Below, piece after piece: positions 1 to 8,846 of a DNA stretch of 37,240 nt; the stretch's first letter is position 1; every line of letters starts with the position of its first letter. Position numbers and translations under genes: made by a program. Location of the stretch: positions 1 to 37,240 of the forward strand of contig JBBCAX010000147.1 of assembly GCA_051382335.1 (NCBI GenBank), read 5' to 3'. Below the pieces are notes generated by a model. It saw only the letters and a program-made list of their open reading frames with translations. It did not search any database and was not told the DNA's origin. Origin of the DNA: Deltaproteobacteria bacterium TL4. Lineage in GTDB: Bacteria; SAR324; NAC60-12.

Positions 1-102
1 AATATTACGAAAGTTGATTTTAAAACAAAGAAAAAACAAAAAAATATGAAAGAACTGTTTTTTGAGCAAGTTATTAATTTCATTAATAAAATTGCAGCGT
101 AA
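1..102 (+). CDS. 3' end of an ORF truncated by the window edge, probably a transposase (NITKVDFKTKKKQKNMKELFFEQVINFINKIAA*)
   Basis: Open frame from base 1 to TAA at 100-102, followed 4 nt later by ATTCATGCACGGGTATTG, which matches the terminal IRs at 143, 310 and 353. No catalytic motif is visible. Confidence 0.5.
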   Translation, partial: NITKVDFKTKKKQKNMKELFFEQVINFINKIAA

Positions 103-106
103 AAAC

Positions 107-124
107 ATTCATGCACGGGTATTG
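107..124 (+). mobile_element. Right terminal inverted repeat of an IS (CAATACCCGTG-type end)
   Basis: ATTCATGCACGGGTATTG is near-identical to ATTCACTCACGGGTATTG (310-327) and ATTTCATTCACGGGTATTG (353-371). Confidence 0.65.
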
Positions 125-142
125 GGCTTACCGCCTAAAGGC

Positions 143-327
143 CAATACCCGTGAGTGAAATCAGGTTTGTAGTTCCGCCTTCAGGCGGAAAACTCTGCTG
201 AAAAGCCGCCTGAAGGCGGAACTACGAACGTTTCGCCATCAGTTCAGGATCACCTGTTTTAAGCGCCTAACTCACTGTAATGAAGGTCCCTTGTTCCTTA
301 CAGTCCCGAATTCACTCACGGGTATTG
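143..327. mobile_element. 185-bp MITE with 17-bp terminal IRs and a 10-bp target site duplication
   Basis: Left end CAATACCCGTGAGTGAA (143-159), right end TTCACTCACGGGTATTG (311-327). Flanks GCCTAAAGGC (133-142) and GCCTAAAGAC (328-337) are 9/10 identical. Confidence 0.8.
169..225. repeat. GTAG-type REP doublet (REPIN-like)
   Basis: GTAGTTCCGCCTTCAGGCGG (169-188) and its perfect reverse complement (206-225), 17-nt spacer; each arm is internally palindromic. Confidence 0.85.
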
Positions 328-526
328 GCCTAAAGACGGAACTACGAACATGATTTCATTCACGGGTATTGGGCTAAAGAAATGAAATATCAACAGGACT
401 ACTGGATTTCTCAATAACGCCGGATTTCTGTTTCTGCCCTTGGGACAGCACATAAATTGCAAGTCTGGACTCCAAAGGATTCCTGCCTTACCTGTGTAAT
501 GATAAATTCATCGTTGAGACCCCAAT

Positions 527-2554
527 ATGCACGAGTTTGAACTTCTTAAAGATCTGGCTATTGTCATGACGGTTGCCGGAGTGGTAACTATTCTGTTTCA
601 CCGACTGAGGCTCCCTGTCATTTTGGGATACTTGCATGCGGGTGTGCTCATTGGTCCCCATTTCCCCTCCATTTTAGCAGTGCATAACAAAGAAACCATC
701 AAGATCCTTGGGGAACTTGGGGTCATCTTTTTGATGTTCAGTTTGGGGCAGAATTTCAGGATGCGAAAACTGGTGGAAGTGGGGACGACGGCCATTATTG
801 CTGGAATTGTGGAATGCTGTTTTATGATCTGGTTGGGATTCCAGGTTGGAAAAGGGTTTGGCTGGAGTCACATGGATGGCTTGTTCATGGGATGCATTCT
901 GGCGATTTCCTCGAGTACCATTATCGCCAAAACCTTACGGGACCTGGGAAAAGACAGGGAGCAGTTTGCGGATCTCGTCTTTGGTATTTTGATTATTGAA
1001 GACATCATTGCCATCGCGATGATTGCCCTTTTGTCGGGATTGGCAAATACTGGTGTCATCAATGTAAAAGAAGTCGGTTTGATTTTAGGGCAATTGACGA
1101 TTTTCCTCACCATGCTCGTGGTTGCGGGAGTCTTCATCGTTCCCCGCTTGCTCCATTATATTGCGCAGTATCGCAGTGATGAAATGCTGTTGATCACAGC
1201 TTTAGGATTGTGTTTTGGGATTTCTTTGATTGCGCTTCAATTGGGATACAGTGTGGCTTTGGGTGCGTTTCTGGCAGGGGCACTGGTCTCTGAAGCCAAA
1301 GAAAATCACAAAGTAGAAGTGCTGATTGAACCCATTCGGGATATGTTCAGCGCAGTGTTTTTTGTGGCCATTGGCATGTTGCTGGATCCAGAAATGCTGC
1401 TGAATAACGCCCTCCCCACTTTCGCCGCGACTGTTGTTTTCATCTTGGGAAAAATGCTGATGCCGTCACTGGGCGTCTTTTTGGCGGGGGGAGCTCCGGA
1501 CACGGCCTTAAAGGTGGGAATCGGACTGGCGCAGATGGGTGAATTTTCCTTTATTATCGCCCAATTGGGCGTCGATTTGAAAGCAACCAGCGGATTTTTA
1601 TATCAGATTGCGGTAGCCGTTGCGGTGATCACGGTACTCATTAATCCTTATTTGATTAAGGGCAGTGATGGTTTGATAAAACTGCTGGAGCGAAGCTCTC
1701 CTCAAATGATCCGATCGTTTATCAGTACGTATCATCAATGGGTTGTCCGACTTGGCAGCTCAGTGGAAGGACAAAGGAATCAGGTCATTCGAAAAATTGT
1801 ACTCAAGATCATTCTGCAACTGTCGCTTGACCTGATTCTGGTTACCGGATTATTGATTGTGGCCAAAGGAATTGTCCTCCAATGGTTCCCTGGCATTGAG
1901 TGGCTGCCCTCATGGATTGGCGGTTCCCGAACAATCATTTGGACCGCCACCATTACGCTGTCGCTGCCGATTCAGGTTCATATGTTCGTTAAATTAAGAG
2001 CCTTTTCGCTCATCCTTGCGGAATTAGGAATTCCCAGTTTCATCTCAAAAGAACAACTTCCCAAAATACGAACCGTTTTTGCTGCCGTAATCTTTACGAT
2101 CATTTCCGGTATTCTGACCCTCTGGTTTTTATTGGTGGGTATGAGTTTGCTGCCGCCATGGCCTGTTTTGCTGGTCTTAGGCAGCATTTTCGCCATTACG
2201 GTGACGCTGTTGTGGCGTCATTTCTGCAAAGTGTACGCAAGGGTTCAATTTTCTATTCGTGATACCTTGAGTCAGCCCTTACCAACCCGAAATTATCAGC
2301 GTCCCTTGTCAACCTTACTGAAAAATGCTGAATTGAGGTTTGTGCGAATCAAAAAAAATTCGACGGCTGATGGCCATTTGATTAGCGAAATTGCGTTGCG
2401 ACGAATCACAGGAGCCAGTATTGTGGGCATAGAAAGAAATGGGGTCGATATTGTCAACCCCGGTCCTGATGAAGAATTACGGGAAGGAGATACCATTCTG
2501 TTGCTTGGAAAACGCGCACACATTGATATCGCCAAAAAATATTTATCGGAATAA
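527..2554 (+). CDS. CPA2-family cation:proton antiporter with C-terminal RCK_C (TrkA-C) domain
   Basis: About 13 N-terminal TM helices with ELGVIFLMFSLG, SSSTII, ILIIEDI, LGAFLAG, FFVAIG and QMGEFSFII motifs. C-terminal GASIVGIER...NPGPDEELREGD is RCK_C-like. Confidence 0.9.
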   Translation: MHEFELLKDLAIVMTVAGVVTILFHRLRLPVILGYLHAGVLIGPHFPSILAVHNKETIKILGELGVIFLMFSLGQNFRMRKLVEVGTTAIIAGIVECCFMIWLGFQVGKGFGWSHMDGLFMGCILAISSSTIIAKTLRDLGKDREQFADLVFGILIIEDIIAIAMIALLSGLANTGVINVKEVGLILGQLTIFLTMLVVAGVFIVPRLLHYIAQYRSDEMLLITALGLCFGISLIALQLGYSVALGAFLAGALVSEAKENHKVEVLIEPIRDMFSAVFFVAIGMLLDPEMLLNNALPTFAATVVFILGKMLMPSLGVFLAGGAPDTALKVGIGLAQMGEFSFIIAQLGVDLKATSGFLYQIAVAVAVITVLINPYLIKGSDGLIKLLERSSPQMIRSFISTYHQWVVRLGSSVEGQRNQVIRKIVLKIILQLSLDLILVTGLLIVAKGIVLQWFPGIEWLPSWIGGSRTIIWTATITLSLPIQVHMFVKLRAFSLILAELGIPSFISKEQLPKIRTVFAAVIFTIISGILTLWFLLVGMSLLPPWPVLLVLGSIFAITVTLLWRHFCKVYARVQFSIRDTLSQPLPTRNYQRPLSTLLKNAELRFVRIKKNSTADGHLISEIALRRITGASIVGIERNGVDIVNPGPDEELREGDTILLLGKRAHIDIAKKYLSE

Positions 2555-2641
2555 TCTAAAAGAATTCTTTAATTGCTTGAAGGTGGCAGATTTTTTAAAT
2601 CGGGTTCCTTCCGCCTTCAGACCTTACAACCATAGAGAACT

Positions 2642-4885
2642 ATGACTATCGAAGTTTCAATGACTGGGTCGGCTTCGGAATCGATCGAACGCCCTGCCCC
2701 ATCGTATCAAATTGATAAAGACGTGGCCTCCGGTGAGATCGATCGAATCAAAGATCACAAATTTGGCACTCTGTTTGGGGTATTTCTGCCCACCTTGCTG
2801 AACATTTTGGGGGTGATCATGTACTTGCGGCTGGGCTGGATCGTGGGCAATGCGGGCTTGGGGGGTACTATTGTGATCATCCTTTTTGCCTACTTCATCA
2901 CGGGCACCACGGGGCTTTCGATGTCCTCGATTGTCACCAATATTCGACTGGGCGCGGGAGGTGTGTTTTCCATCGTGAGCCAAAGTCTGGGATTGGAAGT
3001 GGGCGGCAGTGTCGGTCTTCAGTTTTATCTGGCTCAAACATTTGCGACGGCCATGTACATTTACGGATTCATAGAAGCCTGGAGACTGATCTTTCCCCTA
3101 CATCCTCCTGCGTTTGTCATCCTGGGTGTCTATTTGGTGATGGTGCTCGTTTCGTATTTGAGCACGAGCCTGGCAATCCGTCTGCAGACAGTGGTCATGT
3201 TCGGCATGCTTACGGCATTGAGTTCGATGTTTTTAGGTCTGTGGCATCTGCCTGAGCCTCATATTCCGCAAGTTCTGGGCAATTTTGAGTACGGTAACTT
3301 CTGGTTCATGTTCGCTATTTTTTTCCCGGCAGCCACGGATGTCATGGTGGGAGCCACGATGTCAGGCAACTTGAAAAACGCACGCTGGAGTATTCCGGTA
3401 GGCACTCTCAGCGCCTGGGGCACCACCTTGATCATTTACTTGGCCTTGGCGGTATGGTATGCCACCGTGGCTTCTCCCGATGTGTTGAAATCGCATTACA
3501 ACATTGCCTCAGAAAAATCCTTTTGGAGTCTGGGGGTGTTGATTGGGATTCTGGCTTCCTGCTTCAATGCGGGATTGAGTTCCCTCACGGTCGGCCCTCG
3601 TGTCCTGCAATCGTTGGGGCAGCATAAAATTGTCCCCTTTCCTAAGTTTTTTGGGAAATTGCAAAAGGGGGAACCCCGCAATGCCCTGATGTTCACGTCC
3701 GTCTTGTTGCTATTGGCCTTGACTGCAGGCAATTTGAACATTTTGGCTCAATTTGTGACGGTGTGTTTCCTCTTGACCTATTTCACCATCAATTCTGTGC
3801 TGGTGATTGACAGTCAGCTCAAAATGGTGAGTTTTCGTCCCAGTTTAAAACTACCGGTTTGGGTGCCGCTGTTCGGTAGTTTGGCTAGTCTGACAGCCAT
3901 TATTGTCATCAGTCCGTTTTGGGGGCTGGTGAGCATTTTACTGAGCATCGGCATTTACGTCTACCTCAATACCCGTGATCTGGAAACACCGTGGGAAACC
4001 ATCCGTGGGGGAGTCCTGGTGGGCATCGTAACTTGGGCTTCAAAAAAGGTCATAAAAAACATAGGGACGATGGGTCCCCGTTCCTGGAAACCCGATTTGC
4101 TGGTACCGATTGAAAGGCGCACTCAACTGGAGGGTTACCATCGGTTGATCAAAGCACTGATCTACCCCCAAGGAACCGTACAGGTGATCGCCATGATGCA
4201 TGATCGGGACATTATGCCGCTAATCGGCCTGAATCAGTCCGTGCTGGATTTACAAAATGAGGGGGTGTTCGCGTCCGCTTCGATCATTGAAGCCACGGAA
4301 TTCATCAGTGGTTTGGAAACCACCGTGGATGTGCTCTCGGGAACTTTAGCCAATCCAAACATCCTTTTTATTTCGATCTTGGGCCGAACCCAGTCCGAAT
4401 TACAGCGCATGGTCGATTTGGCTCAGAAAACTAAAATCGGCGTGGTTTTCTATGTTTCCCATCCTGATGTGATCCTGGGTAAGGAACAAAGTGTCAATTT
4501 ATGGGTACGCGATCAATCCCCTGAATGGCATTTGAGTTTCAACCTCAGCAATCTCGATTTATCCTTTTTATTGAGTTATCAATTGACAAAGAACTGGAAA
4601 GCCAATCTGCGCATCCTGAGTGTGATTCAAAAAGATGAAAATCTAGCCATTGCCCAACAATTCATCAAGGAACTGATGGTGATAGCGCGCATGCCTAAAC
4701 AGCACACGATTCAAGTGGTTCATGGTCAGTTTTTTGAATTTTTAACACGGGCGCCCAGGGCTGATCTCAATATTTTAGGCATGTCCTCCAAAGTAGATCG
4801 GAATCTGCTGTTGCGCATCGTCACGGATCTGAAGAGTTCCTGTTTGTTTATGCTGGATTCCGGTAATGAAAGCGCCCTGGCCTGA
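2642..4885 (+). CDS. APC-superfamily transporter of the SLC12/cation-chloride cotransporter (CCC) type
   Basis: KFGTLFGVFLPTLLNILGVIMYLRLGWIVG (TM1), SLGLEVGGSVG, FFPAAT...MSGNL (TM6), FRPS and WKP motifs, and a large cytoplasmic C-terminal domain. Confidence 0.88.
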   Translation: MTIEVSMTGSASESIERPAPSYQIDKDVASGEIDRIKDHKFGTLFGVFLPTLLNILGVIMYLRLGWIVGNAGLGGTIVIILFAYFITGTTGLSMSSIVTNIRLGAGGVFSIVSQSLGLEVGGSVGLQFYLAQTFATAMYIYGFIEAWRLIFPLHPPAFVILGVYLVMVLVSYLSTSLAIRLQTVVMFGMLTALSSMFLGLWHLPEPHIPQVLGNFEYGNFWFMFAIFFPAATDVMVGATMSGNLKNARWSIPVGTLSAWGTTLIIYLALAVWYATVASPDVLKSHYNIASEKSFWSLGVLIGILASCFNAGLSSLTVGPRVLQSLGQHKIVPFPKFFGKLQKGEPRNALMFTSVLLLLALTAGNLNILAQFVTVCFLLTYFTINSVLVIDSQLKMVSFRPSLKLPVWVPLFGSLASLTAIIVISPFWGLVSILLSIGIYVYLNTRDLETPWETIRGGVLVGIVTWASKKVIKNIGTMGPRSWKPDLLVPIERRTQLEGYHRLIKALIYPQGTVQVIAMMHDRDIMPLIGLNQSVLDLQNEGVFASASIIEATEFISGLETTVDVLSGTLANPNILFISILGRTQSELQRMVDLAQKTKIGVVFYVSHPDVILGKEQSVNLWVRDQSPEWHLSFNLSNLDLSFLLSYQLTKNWKANLRILSVIQKDENLAIAQQFIKELMVIARMPKQHTIQVVHGQFFEFLTRAPRADLNILGMSSKVDRNLLLRIVTDLKSSCLFMLDSGNESALA

Positions 4886-4957
4886 GTTCGAAATCATGAT
4901 CGTTACCGCCTTAAGTGGTAGCCATCTTTGGGACGGGAAACAGAAGCGAGGGGAGAT

Positions 4958-5668
4958 TTAGAAAGCTAAGTAGGCACCTAACAAAAAGGTGGTTTCACCT
5001 AGATTCAGATTTTTATTTTCTGTTGCAATCACCAAAGGGGCATAGATCACGTATTGTGAGGCCATGATTCCCCAGCTTTCAAAAGGGATGCGTACCCCTA
5101 ATTTATAATAGAGTGTCAGCGGCACTGTATCGCTAAAACGAGCTTTGAGAACGGGTTCGTCCTCTGTGGCCGCCAAGCGCTCAGAAAAACTGGCAGTATA
5201 GTGTCCTGTTCCCACAGCAACAAAGGGAAACCAAACATCGCCCCGGTAGTAAAGGGTATAGGCCAACAACATTGCCAGGGTATTGAAGCTAAAGGTTGAG
5301 TTATCTTTAAATTTGTAGGTCTTGCTGTATTGATGCAGTTCAACCCCCAGGCCACTGGCAAAGGATCCATAGGGAAGATAAAAGTCGAAAGATAGTAATA
5401 AAGGATAAACCGTATTCACTTCTTTAAGGGCGCCATGATTTTGGGCGATAACATCCAGATAGGCTTCATCGGACTCACTGGAGCTTCCGGATTCCAAATA
5501 GCCAGCTACCGTTTTTAACGGGCCATTGTCTCCAACTCCCAAGTTTTGCTGTCCCACTTGTGCTGATAAATAATAAAAGGTTTGATTTTGGGCATAGACC
5601 CCACTTGAAGTACTTCCCCAGAGCAGTATGAAGATGATGCTGACAAACCCATAATTGCACTTTACCAT
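4958..5668 (-). CDS. Hypothetical exported protein, probable small outer-membrane beta-barrel
   Basis: Signal-peptide-like N-terminus, alternating aromatic beta-strand segments, C-terminal ...FLLGAYLAF. Start overlaps the stop of the upstream gene. Confidence 0.65.
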   Translation of the reverse strand: MVKCNYGFVSIIFILLWGSTSSGVYAQNQTFYYLSAQVGQQNLGVGDNGPLKTVAGYLESGSSSESDEAYLDVIAQNHGALKEVNTVYPLLLSFDFYLPYGSFASGLGVELHQYSKTYKFKDNSTFSFNTLAMLLAYTLYYRGDVWFPFVAVGTGHYTASFSERLAATEDEPVLKARFSDTVPLTLYYKLGVRIPFESWGIMASQYVIYAPLVIATENKNLNLGETTFLLGAYLAF

Positions 5669-6840
5669 AACACCCCCAACTCTGAATAGAAGACAACGTC
5701 CGTTTCGTTACCAGCTTGTGAGTAATCCTCAACCATGCCCAACTCAATAAAAAAGTCACCAATCCAACTTTTCAACCCTGCGGCCAAAACACTGGTTGGA
5801 CTCGAAATACTGAAACTTGCACCATCCTGATAAGAACCTCTGGGAAGTGCAGCGTCTTCACGAGGAAAAATACTGCTCTGAGTTACCGATTGAAAAACAA
5901 AAGAAAAGTTCTCATTAAAACGGTACTCCATCGCGATAAAATCATGCCTCAGTTCCTTTGCATACGTACTTTCTCCAGTTAATATACTTTTGCCTTTCCC
6001 CAGATAGACGACCCATTCCTTGAAGCCTTTAGAAAGCAACAGATAATATCCCCAATGAGCCTTTTTGTTGGTTACCAATTCTTGTTTATCGGATTGGAAG
6101 GTCGAAAATTTATAGGAAAGCTTCAAGGTGAAGGCCGGGACAAAGGCGCCTCCTTCAATCATATTCCACTTCAACCCTGTGACCAGGTCTCCAGGAACAC
6201 TCTCAAAAGGTTCTTGAGCTTTAACTATGAATTCTCCATCTTTTACCACATAAAAGTCATAACGATTTTGCTCAGACAGCGACCGATAAGCCCCCGCACC
6301 GCCTTCATTGCCGATTCCGATCAAATCATGCAACCCTTCCACCATAGAATCCGTGCTTCCTCCATTAAAACTGAAGAGTGGTAATTCAAAACCGATTTCC
6401 AGACTATCGGTGAGACCATATTTAAAACGGATCAACTGCTGTAAGCTTTCAACATCAATATACACCCTAAAACCTTGAGTGATGACGTTGCCTTTGAGGT
6501 CCGGATCATAAAAATCCGTAACTTCCAGTCCACGACGGACTTCGGTTGCGGTGATTTGAGGTTGATGGGTAAGATCCGAGGTAAAGCCTTCACTATTGAT
6601 GAAGGTATTCGCCAGGGTTGCCCGATAGGAGGTGTAGAGCTGCCCTTCGCCTACCGTTGCCGTGTTTTCCGGATACATCGATAGAAACCGTTGAGTGACA
6701 GGGTACTGAGACCGTAATTCTAAAGGCCCTAAACCCGCATTTTGAGTTTTACCCCATGCAAAATCTGCCGAATGAGCAGACTGTAGCAGCAGGCTCAATA
6801 ATAGCAGAATATGCTTGATTTTCATGGTGTTAGCTGTCAT
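5662..6840 (-). CDS. DUF3187-like outer-membrane beta-barrel protein
   Basis: Signal peptide (MKIKHILLLLSLLLQSAHS), GPLELRSQYP N-terminal motif, GG-x-xD-x-xVE-x-xH segment, C-terminal W. Start at ATG 6840 or 6825 rather than 6885. Confidence 0.65.
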   Translation of the reverse strand: MTANTMKIKHILLLLSLLLQSAHSADFAWGKTQNAGLGPLELRSQYPVTQRFLSMYPENTATVGEGQLYTSYRATLANTFINSEGFTSDLTHQPQITATEVRRGLEVTDFYDPDLKGNVITQGFRVYIDVESLQQLIRFKYGLTDSLEIGFELPLFSFNGGSTDSMVEGLHDLIGIGNEGGAGAYRSLSEQNRYDFYVVKDGEFIVKAQEPFESVPGDLVTGLKWNMIEGGAFVPAFTLKLSYKFSTFQSDKQELVTNKKAHWGYYLLLSKGFKEWVVYLGKGKSILTGESTYAKELRHDFIAMEYRFNENFSFVFQSVTQSSIFPREDAALPRGSYQDGASFSISSPTSVLAAGLKSWIGDFFIELGMVEDYSQAGNETDVVFYSELGVLW

Positions 6841-7085
6841 TTTCTGTTTATCATGAATAAACGGTATAAAAAAAGCAGAGCACATCCCAGAGGGAAATCA
6901 AGAAGCATACCAGTTGACTCAAAGGATCTTAGGATTCTACCGGTTTAAGTCTCATTGCGATTTAAAAACTCTTTGTAAAATCGATTCCATTGTTCTGCTT
7001 GAACTATCATTATGAATACGGCATAAGAAACAGAGGTCTCTTTATCAACAGCTAGTCGCCCAAGTGATTTTTATAAGGAATACGT

Positions 7086-8822
7086 ATGAGTAAAAAAGCT
7101 CGTAATTCCCATGATTTTTTAAATGATGATCAGAATATAAATCAGCATAGTGAATTGTCTGAAGAAAATTTGACGGATCAACCCCTAGGGGAGTCCGGAG
7201 CCATCACTTCAGAGATGGGGTGGCAAGCCTTGGCACTGGAACAAAATCGAGTTGACTCAAATTCTGATGAAAGCCAAAATACGGAGCGCTCTCCTACCCA
7301 TGAAACTGAAATTTTGCCAACACCGCCTGTGCCAGAAACAAAGGGGGAAAATCAGATACAAACTGAAGAAACCTCTTCAATACAAGTAACAACAACACTG
7401 GGGGATGAGCAGGTGACAGACTCTGCGGACAAGGAGGCACCCCTTGAAGTTGAAGCTTTGCAAGCAAAAGAAGCCTTGTGTTTGGAGGACAGGGCGGAAG
7501 AAAGCGTTGACGCCGTTGAGGTCAACCCCCAAAGCCTCATCCTGTCCCAAGCATGGTTGAATCAATTACGTGCTTATGAAGATAAACATTTTAAGGAAAT
7601 TAGGACAGAAGAACATCATCAACTTCAAGAACTGAGCATTAAAGAACTACAATTTTTGGATCTTCAATGGCAAACAGAAGACCGACTCCTTGCGGAGAAG
7701 CGTTCCAAGGAAGATCAACTCCTGCGTGAAAAACGAGAACAAGAGGATCAGTTCCTCCGACAAGGTCGTGAACAGCTTTTGAAGCTTTTCGAAACACGTT
7801 GGGCCACTGAAAATCAGTTGGTTGCGGAACGTCATGAACTGGAAAATCAGGTCATTCAGTTGCGAAGAAATGAAGAAGATGAAGGAAATCAAACAGGTCG
7901 CGCATTCCAAATCACGTCTCAGTCGGGTGATTCAGATTCCGAAAAAGCACCAGCGAGTGCTCACAAAAACAGATTAAAACGAGTTTATACGATTCCAGAA
8001 TCGGCCTTTCCCGGGGAATCTCACAGTGAGGGCTTAATCCATGCTTCGCTTTCAAAATCGATTAAAGATCATCACGTTAGTGAACTCACGGGACCTCATA
8101 GCAAAGCCGACAGTCCTCAGGACCCCCCCCTGCTCAACAGCGCCCCCATCCTTCATCAGAAGGTCGTTTCAGAAAATGGGACGGAGATGGTGGCAGATCC
8201 CCTTGAGACATTCAGCGGCAGTCAGACAACCACTTCTCCGTTTTCCAACTCAAAGCCTGAGCACAAATGGAAACTGCAACAACCCGAGCATCCTCAAAAA
8301 TTACCATTGATCATTAATAATCTGCTAGATGAGTTGATTTTAGATTTGAAGGCAATCCTCATGATTTACCGCTCACTTGGAATAATCATGGCTCAAATCT
8401 TTGAACAACATAGCGCGCCGTTACAACGGTTAAGTGAGAAAATTCAAGACTTGTTCGGCATTGATCATTTGAGCACGGAAGAAAAAAAGAAGCATTGGCA
8501 GAAGGAATTCGAAGATCGTCAGCGAGCCATGAGGGAGAGGGTCGAGCAGAGACACCATGTCCTCACACCTGAAACGAAAAAGAATGAGGGGACCGCAAAA
8601 CAGGCCAGTGATTTAAGAGTGTTCTCAAGACAAAGAAGGATTCGAAATATTAAAACCATCATCAAATGTTTCATTTTTTATGGCATTGCACTCTATATTT
8701 TCAAACAGCCCACCGCTCAAAGCATGAGTGCTTTTTGGGGAATGATCGCTGAATTTGGTCCTCAGGACTTCCTTATTTGGTTTGTCGTATTCATTATCGC
8801 ATTCATCATCGTACTTCTTTAA
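7086..8822 (+). CDS. Hypothetical protein: acidic disordered N-terminus, coiled coil, two C-terminal TM helices
   Basis: 578-aa ORF with RBS AAGGA; E/Q/R-rich 11-residue repeats; hydrophobic C-terminal segments. Confidence 0.75.
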   Translation: MSKKARNSHDFLNDDQNINQHSELSEENLTDQPLGESGAITSEMGWQALALEQNRVDSNSDESQNTERSPTHETEILPTPPVPETKGENQIQTEETSSIQVTTTLGDEQVTDSADKEAPLEVEALQAKEALCLEDRAEESVDAVEVNPQSLILSQAWLNQLRAYEDKHFKEIRTEEHHQLQELSIKELQFLDLQWQTEDRLLAEKRSKEDQLLREKREQEDQFLRQGREQLLKLFETRWATENQLVAERHELENQVIQLRRNEEDEGNQTGRAFQITSQSGDSDSEKAPASAHKNRLKRVYTIPESAFPGESHSEGLIHASLSKSIKDHHVSELTGPHSKADSPQDPPLLNSAPILHQKVVSENGTEMVADPLETFSGSQTTTSPFSNSKPEHKWKLQQPEHPQKLPLIINNLLDELILDLKAILMIYRSLGIIMAQIFEQHSAPLQRLSEKIQDLFGIDHLSTEEKKKHWQKEFEDRQRAMRERVEQRHHVLTPETKKNEGTAKQASDLRVFSRQRRIRNIKTIIKCFIFYGIALYIFKQPTAQSMSAFWGMIAEFGPQDFLIWFVVFIIAFIIVLL

Positions 8823-8846
8823 GAGGGTTAACGTGCTTATTGATTT

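Noticed and set aside
375..526. c-di-AMP (ydaO) or other riboswitch upstream of the CPA2 antiporter
   Set aside because: No recognisable conserved aptamer motifs by eye; an Infernal scan would be needed to exclude it.
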